NCBI GenBank assembly: GCA_024626585.2
Contig: JANKJI020000004.1
Span: 157,778,593 to 157,795,518, forward strand
Direction: 5' to 3'
From: Ginkgo biloba
Lineage: Eukaryota; Plantae; Ginkgophyta
Length of the DNA: 16,926 nt
This document shows, one piece after another, positions 1-11,649 of this stretch (positions are counted from its first letter, which is position 1; every line of letters begins with the position of its first letter). Made by a program: the position numbers and the translations under genes. The notes under the pieces were generated by a model. That model was not told the origin of the DNA, searched no databases, and was given only the letters and a program-made list of their open reading frames with translations.

Positions 1-1173
1 CAGCCAACCAAATAAATGCATGTATGGGGCAAAATACATCCTCAAGTATAGGTGAGTCTCACTAATCCCCAATAGCTCTCCACTTAAGGCCTTTTTTCCC
101 TAAATGAGCCTCTAAGGTTTCTATATTCAAGTAGGGTAAGAGTCTACATAATCATCAAACGAATAATTTTCTAGTGTTAAATGCAACTATCTATCATCAT
201 AGAAGCATTAATTACTTGTAAATACATCCATTAGACCCCCTAATTGGAGTTGCTCTATTCTATATGGGTTATGTTTCCCTTCTTAGGGTTTTCAACCATG
301 TATATTAATTTATGTAATCAGAAAATAGAATTCTTACAATAGCCCACGCTTACTAAAACCTACAAAACAAGGTAAATAGACTTAGAAAGACATAAGAAAG
401 TGAGGCGACTCTAGTATTGCATTCAAAGATGGAAAATAACCATAAACAAGTAATGTACTGAAAACCCATACAAAATAGATATTTAAACTTCTTAATTTAT
501 GGTCACTATTATAAAAGTGAATTAATTTACAAGTTAGAAATAAAGGGACAATTAGACTAGGGTCGACTTGCAGTAGGGATTTTGACCACCTTCTGTTAGC
601 CATGGGAACTGCATATGGGGCTTAATTATTGTAAGCAACCAAACCAATGGCGCATAAATGCAGCCGTCAACACCTAGCAACTATTAGAGATCCTCTAGAC
701 TCCACTCCTCAACCCTTCATTAGTAAAGATTCTAGATGTAGGTCATTGTGACCTCTCTTTGGTATCAGGATGACCCAAAAAAGCTAGGGCATCCATCCTC
801 TACTAATAGTTCAAGGTTTTCGGTATTATAAACCCTAGGTCGACACCGATAGACGCTAACTAGAAACGCTACTGGCTCCAAAAACACTATGGATGCTCCC
901 ATAGGCCATATGCCATGACTACACCAATAGCCATTCGATCCATGACTATGTTAAAGATATCAGAATTATCGCTCTGATACCATGTTAGAAATCGCATGAG
1001 ATGATACTTTAACCATTACAAATTCGAGTATGAACTCATAATTTAAACATCCAAGCATTTCATTTACTTCAGCTAAAACATGAGAGAAAACATTCAAGCA
1101 TGCAGTGAAAATTTCAGACTTGAATCATATATATTCTCACAACTTTATTCATCAATCAAGTTGGCAAATCTAA
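1..1173 (-). mobile_element. LTR retrotransposon 5' end: U5 part of 5' LTR (983-1173, cut by gap), PBS (971-982) and non-coding internal leader (1-970)
   Basis: Minus strand reads ...TTCTAACA|TGGTATCAGAGC, an LTR-terminal CA abutting a perfect tRNA-iMet PBS. No gag-like ORF recognised in the 970 bp downstream. Confidence 0.8.
971..982 (-). promoter_or_regulatory. Primer binding site complementary to the tRNA-iMet 3' end (TGGTATCAGAGC)
   Basis: Plus strand GCTCTGATACCA at 971-982, immediately followed by TGTTAG (LTR end in reverse). Canonical plant LTR-element PBS. Confidence 0.9.
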
Positions 1174-1273
1174 NNNNNNNNNNNNNNNNNNNNNNNNNNN
1201 NNNNNNNNNNNNNNNNNNNNNNNNNNNNNNNNNNNNNNNNNNNNNNNNNNNNNNNNNNNNNNNNNNNNNNNNN

Positions 1274-1523
1274 ATCCACTTCGAGGGTGGAAACCTCCAA
1301 TACAATATTGCTCAATACAAAAGATACCCTAAAGGGTTTACATGAGAGTACATATAATAGAGAGCATGAGAAGAGGTATGTTGCATGTAAGACAAGTGGC
1401 TTACATGGGTTTACATGCAAGCGAAAATAAGAGAAGAAGACAAGTGTCGAAAGAGAATGAGAGGAGGTAGGTGTAAGGAGATAGAAAGAATAGTAAGAGC
1501 TAACCGTTGGGTTTATTACAACA
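1274..1523 (-). mobile_element. Probable LTR fragment (U3 start) inserted in antisense into the chromovirus integrase
   Basis: Minus strand begins TGTTGTAATAAACCC at 1523 and has a TATA-like CTATTATATG near 1350-1360. Integrase similarity stops abruptly at about 1511-1523. Confidence 0.5.
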
Positions 1524-2172
1524 ATAGGAAACATTCGATAATGAGAATGACACCATTTAGAGCATTGCATAGATATGATCCTCTTGTTGCTTTGGATTTA
1601 GATTTGAAGAACTTTAGAGGGAAGAAACAAATGACATTGAATTGCTAGAGCAAATGCAAGAGGAATTGAGGTAATGCAAAAGGAATTTTGAAAGAGATCA
1701 AGCTTGTGCTCATTTGTATGTGGTTCAACATAGATTGTCACGATCATTCAAAGTGGGAGATACAATTTACTTAAGAGTTACATCGAATTGGCCTTTGTTT
1801 ACAGGAAGGTGCACCATGTTATCACCAAGATATTATGTGCCATTGTAAGTGTTAGAGAAGATAAATGAAGTCACCTATAGATTGTAGTTACCAACACATG
1901 TTAAAATGCATCTAGTCTTTCATGTGAGTTTTCTAAAGAAAGCATTTTCTTGGTTTGATAATGTGATGCCTTCTTTTGTGGATATATAAGAAATGGAGTA
2001 AAAAGTTCATGATACCATAAGAATTCTAGATGAAAGAAGTAGAAGGGTTCAGAATCAAGAAGCAAAAGAATGTCTTGTGCAATGGTCTAATAAACCCATT
2101 GAGGGATCCATGTGGGAATTAGCAACTTTTGTTTGTGAAGCAGGCCTCATTGAGGATAATGAAGGACAATGA
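1514..2172 (+). pseudogene. Decayed Ty3/gypsy chromovirus pol C-terminus: end of integrase core, GPY/F module and chromodomain
   Basis: Manual translation: YNNRKHSIMRMTPFRALHRYDP, a frameshift near 1630, then EQMQEELR*CKRNFERDQ...RSFKVGDTIYLRV...LSPRYYVPL*VLEKINEVTYRL*LPTHVKMHLVFHVSFLKK...RILDERSRRVQNQEAKECLVQWSNKPIEGSMWE, stop at 2170-2172. Fits the FxVGDxVYL / KLSPRYYGPF / HPVFHVSxLK and chromodomain LVQW...STWE consensus. Several premature stops. Confidence 0.93.
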
Positions 2173-2181
2173 TCTATGCAT

Positions 2182-2909
2182 GATAGGGATAGATGTTATA
2201 CAAGTTAAGCAAATTTCGCTGTGGGAAGGGAAAAATTCAAGGAAATAACTGAACAATCCAATAGGTGGACCCTACAACTACTTGTGGACCACCAGGAGTA
2301 GCTTTGATAAGATTTAAAGGGTGAAAATGTTAAGCTACATGTGGAAAGCCCTGCCCAAGGCTCTTCTAATAGAATAATGACATGTGGCAAAGGCATATAG
2401 GTGGGCAGTTGGGAAGTAGTGTATTGCCAATATAGTTTAGCCTAAACACATGGAACCAAAGATACTTTGCCTAATTTAGCCTAGCAATCTTTTGGCATTT
2501 TTGACATCTTTGAGAGGAGAGGTCAAATCTGCATAATTTCTCCTTGGATGAGTTGAATACATCCTACTGGTATTGTTTTTTCTTCTACAAGGAGGATGTT
2601 GTACGTCCTAGAGTGATGTCACCCTTTAGCAAGTAGATTTTGCATTGTAGACTCCCAAAGGTCATCAAAGAGTGACACAGGTACCTGTGGAGTAGAGTGC
2701 CCCACTTAAAAGGCACTTTTTGTACTAGTTGTTGGCTACAGTTTGAAGAGTTGTTGTTATTGAAGTTCCTACTGAAGATTTCAACCAACTATAGTTGTAA
2801 AAAGAGCATAGGTAGCATAGGTGGCACTCTGCTTAGTGTGTGGATGACAAGCAATCCTTGGACCATTTGGATTGGAATTGCCCCTAGCAATCCTTTTAAT
2901 ATGTTAACA
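2182..2909 (+). mobile_element. Polypurine tract (2182-2193) and candidate 3' LTR (2194-2909, about 716 bp) of the chromovirus
   Basis: GATAGGGATAGA lies just after the pol stop and is followed by TGTTA at 2194. A matching inverted end TAACA lies at 2905-2909. The right boundary is inferred only. Confidence 0.55.
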
Positions 2910-3195
2910 TAATGTACAATAGCCCTTGGCAGACAATTAGGCAACTCCTTTTTAGAGTGGAGACAAGTAGAAACTTGAATAGTAGAACCATAGTTGGAGA
3001 AACAAAAGGTTACAACAATCATAGGAAGTGTGAGAATCGCAACGAGTGCAAGCTTTGCCATAAAAATATTGTACTGAAAGAAAAATATGACACTAAGTTT
3101 GTGCAAAACAAGTCAAGGGAAAATTGTAAGAGACGACCATACTTCTAACCAAAATGCTAGCCAAACAATTGCTATAGATGGAGACCCTAGTGACA

Positions 3196-3245
3196 CAACA
3201 TCATTGTACGTCTCAAACATCAACATTATCGTACGTCTCAAACAT
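3196..3245. repeat. 25-bp tandem duplication (2 copies)
   Basis: CAACATCATTGTACGTCTCAAACAT (3196-3220) and CAACATTATCGTACGTCTCAAACAT (3221-3245), 23/25 identical. Confidence 0.9.
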
Positions 3246-3371
3246 GGCACAAGTTCTAGTACAACAAGCAAATGAGTTTCAAGAATACGATAATTTGCAT
3301 CTAGAGATCAGGGTGACAATTCTCTATAACAATACTAGCAATCAAAGATTATATATCTGTAGATAATATGT

Positions 3372-4978
3372 GAGGGGAGAATGTTAGTATTGTACTAGAA
3401 CATCAAGCTATGGTTACTACTATCATGGGGAAGGTATTCAAGTGTACAATGGTATACAATGGTTCAAGAGTAAACATAATTTTAGAAAAATTATGGAAAA
3501 AACTAGGGAAACCCATCTTGTGGCCATCAAGGTTTTAATTGTGGATGGAAGATGAAAGGAAAATTGAACGATAAGTATTTCTAATGGCACAAGTAGTCCA
3601 AATAGTTGAGCATGATTTCTAGATTGATTTTGGGTAATCCTAATGCCTCCAAATACAACTTGCATTACATTGCTTGGATGGCCATGGTTGTAGGATGCCA
3701 AAGTCATACAAGATTGAGACAAAATACGTTATCTATTGGAAGAGATGAAAGGATCCTATGCATGGACTAGCAGAGAAGGCAATTAATTGAAGAGCTTGCA
3801 TCATCGAGTTCAAAATCTAAAACTAAACAATTTGGGGATGAGTCGACGCCCATAAGAACCAACAGAGATTTTAACCATCGTATGAAACCTTCTCAAGACA
3901 ATGTGCCAATGTTGGATCCATGTTTAAAAGATGAATATCTTTTGGAAAATGGTCGGTTGCCTGGTAGATATAGGTATATGAGATTTGTCTTTGTCATGTT
4001 TTCAAGTCCAAATTGTAAAGATGGAAGAAGGAATGTTTGAATCATGTGTGGATAAGCATTTCCAATTGCAAGAGGAACAAGAATAGGACAATGATCAAGC
4101 AATTAACGAATTGGATGCAAAGGAGGGCATTCCTTGACATTGTCACATTAATGTATAGGAGGGCAATCAAGAGAAGCCAAGACATATTCGATCTCGCAAT
4201 TTCCAAAGGGAATTGGATATGAAGGCCTAATGACTAAGAGTTAAATTTAGGAATGGAAGGTAAGCCCCAAGGCCTCATAATGGGACTTGTGTGGGATCCT
4301 TCATTTATTGGAGCGACTGTTGAGATCTTCAAATGTTAAAAGGATGTCTTTCCATGGTCGTATCAAGATATCATCTCAAGAGGTTGTGTGAACATGATAT
4401 CAGTATGCTAATCTTGTTGTGGACCTTGGTCACATACTCACAACATAAGCCATGGGGCACTAAAACTCAAAAGGACCCTTATGTACATGGTAAGGATTTT
4501 GTGAACCTATTCACAGATCATTAGAGTTTGAATGGGACCTTTGAATAATTATAAGTAACCTTAAATAAGCTCAAATAACTTAACTAAGTCTAATTTATCT
4601 TTAATCGACTAATATAAGTTAGTTATTAATTTGAAGAGACCACATTTTATGAAAGGTTTTGTACTCTTACAAAAGATATTATAAACACAAGCAGTGGCAT
4701 ATGTAAAATCATTGAGTTTGCTCTGTTTGGAGAAGAAATCCTTAGGGAAGAGGTGTATGTGGAAGCAGGGCTTCCTATTCTTTTCTAACTATTGCTATCT
4801 CACTCATTCCTTGTGCTTGATATAATTGACATGTCTAAGACAATAATGACAAATTTATGGGCTTTTTGTCAAGTTACTAGTCTCTTTTTGTTTTTTTGCA
4901 AGTAGTTCGGTTCTCACTTGCAAGACACGTACAAGGATCATTGCATTTTTGGTCTAGCAAACTGCTTTTGTTCCAACC
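3372..4978 (+). mobile_element. Copia-type PPT (3372-3381) and start of a long 3' LTR at 3382; right end uncertain
   Basis: TGAGGGGAGAA|TGTTAG resembles the copia TGAGGGGGAG-TGTT PPT/LTR junction. The downstream sequence is non-coding with TATAAA near 4680. The possible end TTCCAAC(C) near 4977 is weak. Confidence 0.45.
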
Positions 4979-5637
4979 TTATAGGGCGAGTTGCTCCTAG
5001 TCTTTAGAACTACATGGGCAAGTTGAATTTTGGGTACCAATCCTTCTCGTGACCCCAAAATATTGCTTTTAGTACCTTTTTGGAATCCTTGGAGCAAGGT
5101 GAACCCATTTATGGGAGGGCAAACTTTAGAGAGGGCCAAAATTCTAGGTACAATCCACTAGCATGTCCTTGGAGTAGGTCTAGAGTTAGTTTCATGATTT
5201 TCTAGGAAGGGAGAATTGTGGTAGATGTCTTTAGTCAACTTCAACACTCTTAAAATGCAAGTCGTTGACCCTCATAAGACTCTCAATAGTAGGTTGAAGT
5301 TGAAATTTTGCTCCCAATTAGTCGAGATTGAGGATGAGTGCTTCTAATGACTATTTCTAAATATGATACTTGTAGGTCAAAGTAAAAGAATGAAAAAAAA
5401 TCATTCATGCCCCTTTAAAGGTGGCTCTTTGCTCCACATATTCATTCTATGCTTTCTCTTTTAAACGCCATTTGACCTTGATTCTAAATCTCCTAGCCAA
5501 CCAAGAAAAGGCATCTTTTGCAACTTTATGAGCCCCANNNNNNNNNNNNNNNNNNNNNNNNNNNNNNNNNNNNNNNNNNNNNNNNNNNNNNNNNNNNNNN
5601 NNNNNNNNNNNNNNNNNNNNNNNNNNNNNNNNNNNNN

Positions 5638-5739
5638 TCTCATGTATGTGTAATTAATGCATGCTTAAGTAATAAATGACAATTAACCACACATTGGTTT
5701 AAGTGGGTCCCCCATTTTTACCAACAATGTCCCCCTTTG
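5638..5739 (-). mobile_element. Copia-type PPT (5727-5739) and start of 3' LTR (5726 towards the gap)
   Basis: Minus strand CAAAGGGGGACAT|TGTTGG, one mismatch from the CAAAGGGGGAGAT-TGTT junction typical of SIRE/Maximus-like copia elements. Confidence 0.6.
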
Positions 5740-6308
5740 TGAACAATAAGAAAATGGCCAATTATGTACCAAAGGTAATTAGATGGGAGTGAGTATAGTT
5801 TGTCTAACTTCTGTGAGTTTGGAAATGAGTTCTAGTTCTTTTATCCAAATTTAGTAAATGAACTTGCTCTCACCAACTTTTCCTCTACAACATTAGATCT
5901 TATGGTTATCATGTACTTATGTTTCTTTTATTTATATGGCCCTCAAAGGTCAATAGATCTCTTTATTTTTTTTTATTGTTGTATAGGCACTAAGGTTTTG
6001 CTCTACCTTTGTTCAACAAGTTGACTAGCTAGTAATTAGTTAGGAGTTTTTTTTGTATTTAGCATATGATAGTGCTTTACATGAAAAAATGAACTTATGT
6101 AGTCTTCTAAGGTGAAATATTTCAACTTCTTGCTTGCCAAAACTTGAATTATGTTGTCTATACCTGGTTTGTTGTCTACGAATATAACAATTACTCTAAT
6201 CTATTAAATGGGTATCATTTCTGTGGAAGTGTAAATAGGACTTGCTTGTGTTTATCTTTACCTTTTGCAATGTTTCGTGTCATCTAACTTATCTAAAATT
6301 CCTCACAG

Positions 6309-6433
6309 GCAACTTTGAATGGCCACATGTTGAGATGATAGTGGGGTTAACGATATTGATCTCTTCGTGTCGACAACTTCTTTTAAACATTTGGCCAGAG
6401 TTTGCTCAATCTAGCCAAAAAGCCAATCAACAG
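6309..6433 (+). CDS. Internal exon (125 bp) of a CAAX amino-terminal protease-like (CPBP/Abi family) membrane protein gene, similar to Arabidopsis AT3G26085-type proteins
   Basis: Acceptor TTCCTCACAG| at 6308 and donor CAG|GCAAGT at 6433. Encodes NFEWPHVEMIVGLTILISSCRQLLLNIWPEFAQSSQKANQQ, recalled as matching the plant motif FExWHLELITGLVVLISSCRYLLLKTWPDFAESSEAANQQ that precedes LPGISEELLFRG. Flanks are T-rich and intron-like. Neighbouring exons were not found in the window. Confidence 0.8.
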
Positions 6434-7056
6434 GCAAGTTAATATTTGTATTTCATTACAGATTGAGAAATGTTTCAAGTACTATGCATGGGAAAAGGTT
6501 TTGGAGGGTGCTTTCTGGGAATGTAATATTGGTTTGTCATTTTCAAGTTGTTAATTCATTACATTTTTGTAACTTTGCAAAAAATAAATTCATATGTTGC
6601 TCTATTTACTCTTATGATCTTATCTGTTGTTTGAGTGAGTTGTTTTGCATTTGTAAAGAGAAACCTTGTTGAAAATCCATGTTTAAAGTTCCTAACAGTG
6701 AGAGTGAACAACATGAAGAGGCTTCTTGGTCCAATATTCAAAACCCAACTTCCAACTTTCCATTAAGGATCATTTCATTATGCGTCAAGTTTTTAGATTA
6801 CAACATACTTTGAGGTTATTGTTTCAAGTGCAAGAAATTTTTCTCAACAAGTGAATAAGGTATGCATCTTAATTCCATTATTCTTCTTGAATATTTCATA
6901 TTAGGATGGGGCTAACTATTTTTTTATTAGATTAATCTTGAGATTTAATATTACANNNNNNNNNNNNNNNNNNNNNNNNNNNNNNNNNNNNNNNNNNNNN
7001 NNNNNNNNNNNNNNNNNNNNNNNNNNNNNNNNNNNNNNNNNNNNNNNNNNNNNNNT

Positions 7057-7532
7057 TTGCATTTTGTGCTATGGGCCTTTAGGACAACATACAAGCAACT
7101 TATGGGTCAAACACAATTTCAATTAGTCTATAGAAATGAAGTTGTTTTTCTTGTGGAGTTTCAAGTTCCAAGCTTAGAATTGCAATTAAGGAAAGATGGG
7201 GAGAGACAGGGCCCTTATAAGAAAGGCTAAAGCAATTGAATAAGTTGGAGGAGAAGAGATCAATGGCTTTCTAACATCGACAAATCATGCAAGATAGAAT
7301 AAAAGCGATTCATGAGAGAAGGATCAAAGAAATGAGGATCTATCCAAGAGATTAAGTATTGCCATATGATAGCAAGCATAGGGACATGAAAGGGAAATTG
7401 AAAACGAGATAGTTAGGTCCCTTTGTGTTGGAAAAATTATATGAGAATGGATTAGTAAATTTGTCTACAATGAATGGTGAAATTGTGCCAAGACAAGTTA
7501 ATGGTGTTTGTCTGAAATTGCTTAGAGAATGA
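7057..7532 (+). pseudogene. Decayed non-chromovirus Ty3/gypsy (Athila/Tat-like) integrase C-terminus
   Basis: LHFVLWAFRTTYKQLMGQTQFQLVY...VEFQVPSL, a frameshift near 7175, then RIAIKER...ERLKQLNKLEEKR...*VLPYDSK..KGKLKTR*LGPFVLEKLYENGLV...VNGVCLK, stop at 7530-7532. Fits the Athila-type LWAYRT / LNELEE / GKLKSRWxGPF / VNGxRLK motifs. No chromodomain. Confidence 0.9.
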
Positions 7533-10149
7533 AAAATAAAAAAATAAAGAATCTATAAATATGTACAAATAAGATGCAAATAGTGATATAAAAATGGTGT
7601 TGAGGGAAAATGACATTATCATAGAAAAATTATGTAAGTCGCAAGATTAGACACTAGGTAAAGTGTAGCGATGCAGTAATAGGCACCTCTAACTTACAAA
7701 AATAAGATGATTGTGAATGAAGAAATTGCAATGAAAGAAGAAATGTAGAAGATTCTTCATTAGAAAGAACAATGATAAGATAAAAGATATTTGGAATACT
7801 AAGAGGGATTCTATTTAGAAAAGATGTAAATGTGATTAAGCAAAGTGTGTCACAGAAGTTGACACAGTCACATGACAGTGACTAAGTCATAAAGAAAAGA
7901 CACTTGCAAAAGTGTAGTGACATAGCGCAACGACAACATAGTGCAATACTTTGACAGAATAGTATGCACAAAACAAAGAGGTAGCACGCAAGAAGGCATT
8001 GTGGCAGAAGAGTAAAAATGTACAAAGATTGCATGGAAGAAGAATTCAATGCATGAACCAATGATAGCGATGGAAATCCTTGTTAGGAAATGTCAAAAAA
8101 ATTGAAGAAATGCATTGTCGCAGAAAAATAACAAGTCACAGAGAAATGTTGAATAATCAAAATATGGCATAGGGTAGTGGCCAATGACTGCAAGAAGCAT
8201 TCTTCAAAATTGCATAAAATCTAAGAGGAGATTGGAAAAATGAGAAGAAATACATGAATATCCAAACTTTCAGTGATGAAAAAGAACCTAAAATAATTTG
8301 TCTCTAGGAACTTAGAATGTTGAGTCAAAAATGAGGAAAAATTGTTGCAATGAAATGCAAAGCGTTGGAAGTTTGGAAAAATGGCAAAAGTGTAGTGATG
8401 AGCAATAAACTCAAAAAGAACCCACTAAAAAAAGGTTAGATTTTAAGCAATTGGAAAGATTTAGACATGTAAAATGTGATAAATCTAAAGAAGGATGATA
8501 ACGTGTAACAATCCAACTTCTTAAACCTACATGCTAAGAATATTAAATGCTGCAACTAAGATAAGTCTTCAGAGTAGAAATGCATAAAGAAATNNNNNNN
8601 NNNNNNNNNNNNNNNNNNNNNNNNNNNNNNNNNNTACAAACACATATGCAACAACCAACTCTTCTACACTTGCAAAAACAACTTATTAGACCTGCATCCT
8701 TAATGGAAAATGCAAGAGAATGTGAGGCGACTTCAGTCAAGCCTTTGGAAAGAAAAATAGTCATAATTAATGCACGATAACTATACATGTAGCAATATTA
8801 CAAAATTATTAGACATTAATTTACAATTACAGATTATGAGTGTGTTAGTTTTTAGGTTAGTAGGATAGGGGTGTCTTGCAGCAAGGTGTCCAAACACCCT
8901 CCATTGGCCATGGGGATTGTCTATGGAACTTGAACGGAGTGGACAACCAAATCTCCGATGCATAGATGCAATTGTCAACCCCTAACAACTATCAGGGATC
9001 CGCTGGAGTCCACCCTTCAACCTCACTTGGTCAAGTATGCCAAGTGCAACCTAATTTGGCCTCTTTAGCATTAAGACAACCTCTCAGTTAATAAAGCTAT
9101 CTATCCCTACTAATAGTTTTGTGGTTCACCAGCTAAAACTCTAAGGCTACACCCATAATCTTACACCAGATAATCCTATTAGTTCTCATGGCTACACCTA
9201 TAGACCATGAAAGCATGCTTGCACCTATATTCAACCACCAATAACTAGACCTATAGCTATTGGTCCTATAGCTACACCTAAAGCTATAGTCAATAGAAGA
9301 TAACATGGATATCCATCTCGCTATAATTGGAAAATAACTACTATCAATATGCCCAAACATATGCATGAAAGGGCTAAATAGTGCCTTATACAGTNNNNNN
9401 NNNNNNNNNNNNNNNNNNNNNNNNNNNNNNNNNNNNNNNNNNNNNNNNNNNNNNNNNNNNNNNNNNNNNNNNNNNNNNNNNNNNNNNNNNNNNNCTCAAA
9501 CTTTGACGAAAAAGGCAACTCAAGGTTTGAGGAATTTGACCTTGAAAAGAGAACCCAAGAAGACCTTGAGAAGCACCCTTAATTTAGCGCTAAGAGATGC
9601 CAAGACACCAAAGCTAAATTGTGGAGCTTGGTTGTGTATTCTTGAATTAATGACTAAACCCAATGGAGAGGTCTTGAAGAGAGAGAAAACTGAGAAGGGT
9701 AAGGCCAAGATGACATTCCAGCCTAGGGTGCCTCCCTTCAAGGAATAAATGATGAACATACAGTGCCACATAGGGTTTTGTAAGGTATGGGGCAAGCCTA
9801 GGGATATGTTCAACTCCATGTGATGGTTAACATGCCTTCATTATGGCATAACTAGGGGTTATTTGAGCTTAGATAGCCCTTAAGTATCTTCTCTCATCAT
9901 CATTGTTCTCACCTATTGAAGGCATCCTCTTAGTAAGGAGTTTTCTACTAAATTCTAGGGTTATTACTGCATTAAGGAAGTCATTGTTTTTAGGGCATAG
10001 GCCATTTTCTACATAATTAGAAGAAGTCCTTTGCATTTATGGTAGGTTTTTGAGGGAGAATTTGCTAAGAAAGTGCTCATATCTCTTCCACAGCTGAAGG
10101 CAACCTCATTTGAGGTTTTTGGCGACTTAAATGTTAAAATTAATAACAT

Positions 10150-10581
10150 GCTTTGATACCATGTTAAGAATGCACATTTCGGCAAGAACATGAGAAATAC
10201 CCTCTAGAAAATCAGAAATGCAGCAGAAATTCAGATTTGATTTTACCTCTTGAAACACTATTTATTCAACACATAAACACAATATAACTTCAAGATAACA
10301 TGGGCAATACTTCTCACTGTTCAAGCACATATAACATGATCATAAACACTTCATAAGTGGTACAATCAATTGACAAAACAACCACATATAAATATGATAT
10401 TACTTGCTCAAATTAGAACTTTGAAAATTTTAGATTTTCGACCATTCAAATATCTAATTTCATGCAAATGCATATAAAACAAGGTATGACGAGAATTAAG
10501 TTGGAAGCAAGAGCGTCTTAGAAAAGTTCCAACAACTCTAGGTCTGGAATTGTAGCTTATTGTATTGAGGGTTCATTAACA
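10150..10581 (-). mobile_element. Second tRNA-iMet PBS (10150-10161, 1 mismatch) with adjacent 5' LTR from 10162; candidate far end 10581
   Basis: Minus strand ...TTCTTAACA|TGGTATCAAAGC. Plus-strand TGTTAA at 10162 has an inverted partner TTAACA at 10576-10581 (tentative). The U5 region shares colinear motifs with the LTR at 983-1173. Confidence 0.7.
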
Positions 10582-11649
10582 AACTGCAATATGATTTGCA
10601 TTAAGTAGGCATAGGAGATCTGAAATATTGAAAGGCTCTATGCTCTCATGAAAGGGTAAGAATACACATTGATTGTAAATATGTTGTAAATAGACAATTG
10701 GACATGTAACTGCGCAAGTGCATTTGAAAAATATTAATACCTCGCTTTGGATTCAATGTTTTTGGCTTAGAACTGGAGCAAAAGAGGTCTTATTTGGTGG
10801 CCATATAAATATTTTAAAAAGTGGTGAGATTCTCTCAATTATCTCAAGCTAGACCTCAAATGTGATAAATGTTGAATGTTTCCCTCATTACTAAGAGTTA
10901 TCAGATTGGTCTTGAGAAACCACATATTGTAATAAAGAATACATTAAAAGGTATGCCTAATTAAATGTATTCCTTTTGTGCAACTAAGGTTGTGCTAAAT
11001 GTCCAAGGCAAGTGTACCCTTGGCAAAAGACATTTTACCACCCTTAATTTAGTCTAAAAAGGCGACAAGACAACTATCACTTAAAGAGGTCTCTATGAGC
11101 TAATTGCCTTGCATGATGAATAATAAGTTTGCACAACAAATTTTTCAATGAGATGTGAGAAGGGTTATGCTCCTCCCTTGCAAGTCATTGGTAGCAATGA
11201 GACAAGCTCATTTGTCCTCTATAATGAATGCTATCTTTGTGGTAGTCTTTGCTTGCTAAGTGCATCTTCTTCTTATGATTTGATCACTTTCATTGATAGA
11301 AACAAATGTTTGAATGCTGAATTGAAAGAACTCTATATGAAACTATGCATGTTCATGAAAAAATGATGACTATTTAAGTTGCAGACAACCATAATAAATC
11401 TCTAAGCATTTTGTTGCTTTGCATGAAGGAGACAACTTTGGCCATAAGAGAATAATTGGGTTCTTTCTCTTGAAAATTGTAATGCATTGAAATTTTGATT
11501 CGTATCTCAATGGGTGAGTCAAAATCTCCCAATGTAATTAACTACGAATNNNNNNNNNNNNNNNNNNNNNNNNNNNNNNNNNNNNNNNNNNNNNNNNNNN
11601 NNNNNNNNNNNNNNNNNNNNNNNNNNNNNNNNNNNNNNNNNNNNNNNNN

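Noticed and set aside
760-770. TGGTATCAG on the plus strand as a further PBS
   Set aside because: Only 9 nt match, it diverges afterwards (GA rather than AGC), and it is not preceded by an LTR-terminal CA.
9495-9820. Lys-rich plus-strand ORF followed by QCHIGFCKVWG as a gag zinc knuckle
   Set aside because: CX2CX4HX4C spacing is not met, a stop intervenes, and it is antisense to the nearby PBS.
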